Source: Basidiobolus meristosporus CBS 931.73 (taxonomy: Eukaryota > Fungi > Basidiobolomycota). From it: DNA of 64,000 nt. This document shows positions 62,585-64,000 of this stretch, piece after piece (position 1 is the stretch's first letter; every line of letters begins with the position of its first letter). Below the pieces are notes generated by a model. That model saw nothing but the letters and a program-made list of their open reading frames with translations. It did not search any database and was not told where the DNA came from. The DNA is taken from the NCBI GenBank assembly GCA_002104905.1, contig MCFE01000484.1, positions 1-64,000 on the forward strand, given 5' to 3'. Made by a program: the position numbers and the translations under genes.

Positions 62585-64000
62585 TGTTACAAGTCTTGGT
62601 ATAAGAGTTGCAGAGGAATAGGGAGTTTAGCTAGTATTGTATTCACTAAAACTTGAACTGATTTTTATTGAGGTTCCAGCAGCTCCTTGTATTCATTTTG
62701 CCAGATCATTTGCAGAATAATTGTATTTCCAAATGTAGACTGTGGCTGATGACTCATTTGATTGCATCATCATCATCCAATTAGATCCTACTTAATATAT
62801 CTATTTCTGTCTGAAAAGGATCTGCTGATTCATTTGCTGACTAATGCTACTGATTTAATAGATAATACTGATATACTGATATCCTAAATATATAACTTAT
62901 TGGTTAGACTAAAAACTAATCTAACTTAAACATTCAAGCGGCTGATCATAACATTCACCCCCACTAAAGTTAAGAGGGTTCTCCTGAATCTCTTTTCTTG
63001 TGATACCAATATCTTGATGGTTCAGTATTATCAGCAAGCCTTGCAAGCTTGAGTCTGTCTCTATGAACTAAATTTTCCCGGATATTCCCTTTTTTATCCA
63101 CTTGTTAGTAAGCTGCAAATGGACATTCTCAGATGATCTTGAATGGTCCTGTCCATAGTGGCTCAAACTTCTTCCAAGTGTTGTTTCTTAGCAGTACAAA
63201 GTTGCCAACTGTCAAAGCTTGTGGCGCTATAGTCTTATCAAATCTCTGCTTCATCTTTTCTCTACTCTGAGATACTTTGGTCTGTACCTCTTAGCATCTT
63301 TGTTCCAGTTGCTGGTGTCTACTTGGCTGACTAAGCTCATCTTCTTAAGCATCTGTAAGCTTGGGTTGTGTGAGATCTCCTGAAATCCTTGGGTCACATC
63401 CATACACTAAGTAAAATGGTGATTGTTGGGTAGTGTTGTGCACTCTAACTCTGCAGGCAAAAAGTGCTGGATCTATATTCTCATCCCATCTACTGACAGC
63501 TCCATTTGCATACTTGGTCAGCATTTTTCCATATAATCCATTAAAGCACTCAGTGACTCCATTAGTTCTGGGGTGATATGCCAAGGTTTTCAAGTGATTA
63601 ATCTGCTGCATTTCCAGGTAAGCCTCTAATGTCTTTGCCATGAAGTTTGCTCCTCTATCAGATAACATCTCTACAAGTATCCAAACTTCATCAGGATCTC
63701 ATGGTAAATGAAACTTGCAACTTCTTGTTCACTAGCTATTGGTACAGCTTTAGCAACTGGCCATTTAGTGGCATGGTCAGTTGCTACTAGGATCCAACAG
63801 TTGCATTTCCTGGTGGCTGGCAGTCTTCCAATAAAGTCAATTCCCCATCTCTGAAATGGTCTTACAGGCTCCAAAGGGAAGAGCTTGGCAATTCTTTGTG
63901 GCTGGCCTTGAATGATTTGGCAGTTTGGGCATGCTTTCACTAGCTTCTCAATATCTTGTTTCATTCTGGGCCACCATGCTCTGGCTTTCACAGGGCTATA
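62585..64000 (-). mobile_element. Ty3/Gypsy element 3: 3' LTR and integrase, runs off the window
   Basis: LTR 62585-62953, PPT, integrase remnants (RWGIDFIGRLP, LSDRGANF, YHPRTNG). Confidence 0.9.

Noticed and set aside
1-64000. CRISPR arrays, rRNA, tRNA genes, prokaryotic operons
   Set aside because: None seen; the repeats are LTRs, TIRs and microsatellites, and the genes have spliceosomal introns.

Overview
Eukaryotic DNA with spliceosomal introns, most consistent with an early-diverging fungus (Zoopagomycota/Mucoromycota-like; this is inference). Three zones are visible. (1) 0.6-9.3 kb: a cluster of intronless secreted proteins with bacterial-type domains: a bacterial-type CAP/SCP protein, a decayed 3xSH3b-GH24 lysozyme pseudogene, a small 8-Cys cationic peptide, and two near-identical CHAP peptidoglycan-hydrolase genes. 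This is a candidate horizontally acquired antibacterial island and the most interesting signal in the window. (2) 9.5-30.9 kb: compact housekeeping genes (OCA6, PAN3, a 7TM GPCR, a small secreted protein, a bHLH-LZ factor, an NAD+ carrier, divergent RPS18/RPS19, ALG6, a SAMHD1-like dNTPase, MRPS16, a group I truncated hemoglobin). (3) ~30.9-64 kb: an abruptly starting, almost CpG-free block of nested transposons: fold-back repeats, a Tnp2/CMC-like DNA transposon with a divergent accessory ORF, three Ty3/Gypsy copies, and four insertions of one half-tRNA-primed Ty1/Copia family (two full-length, two solo LTRs, all with 5-bp TSDs). Spliced-gene boundaries were reconstructed by eye; TE fragment coordinates are approximate.
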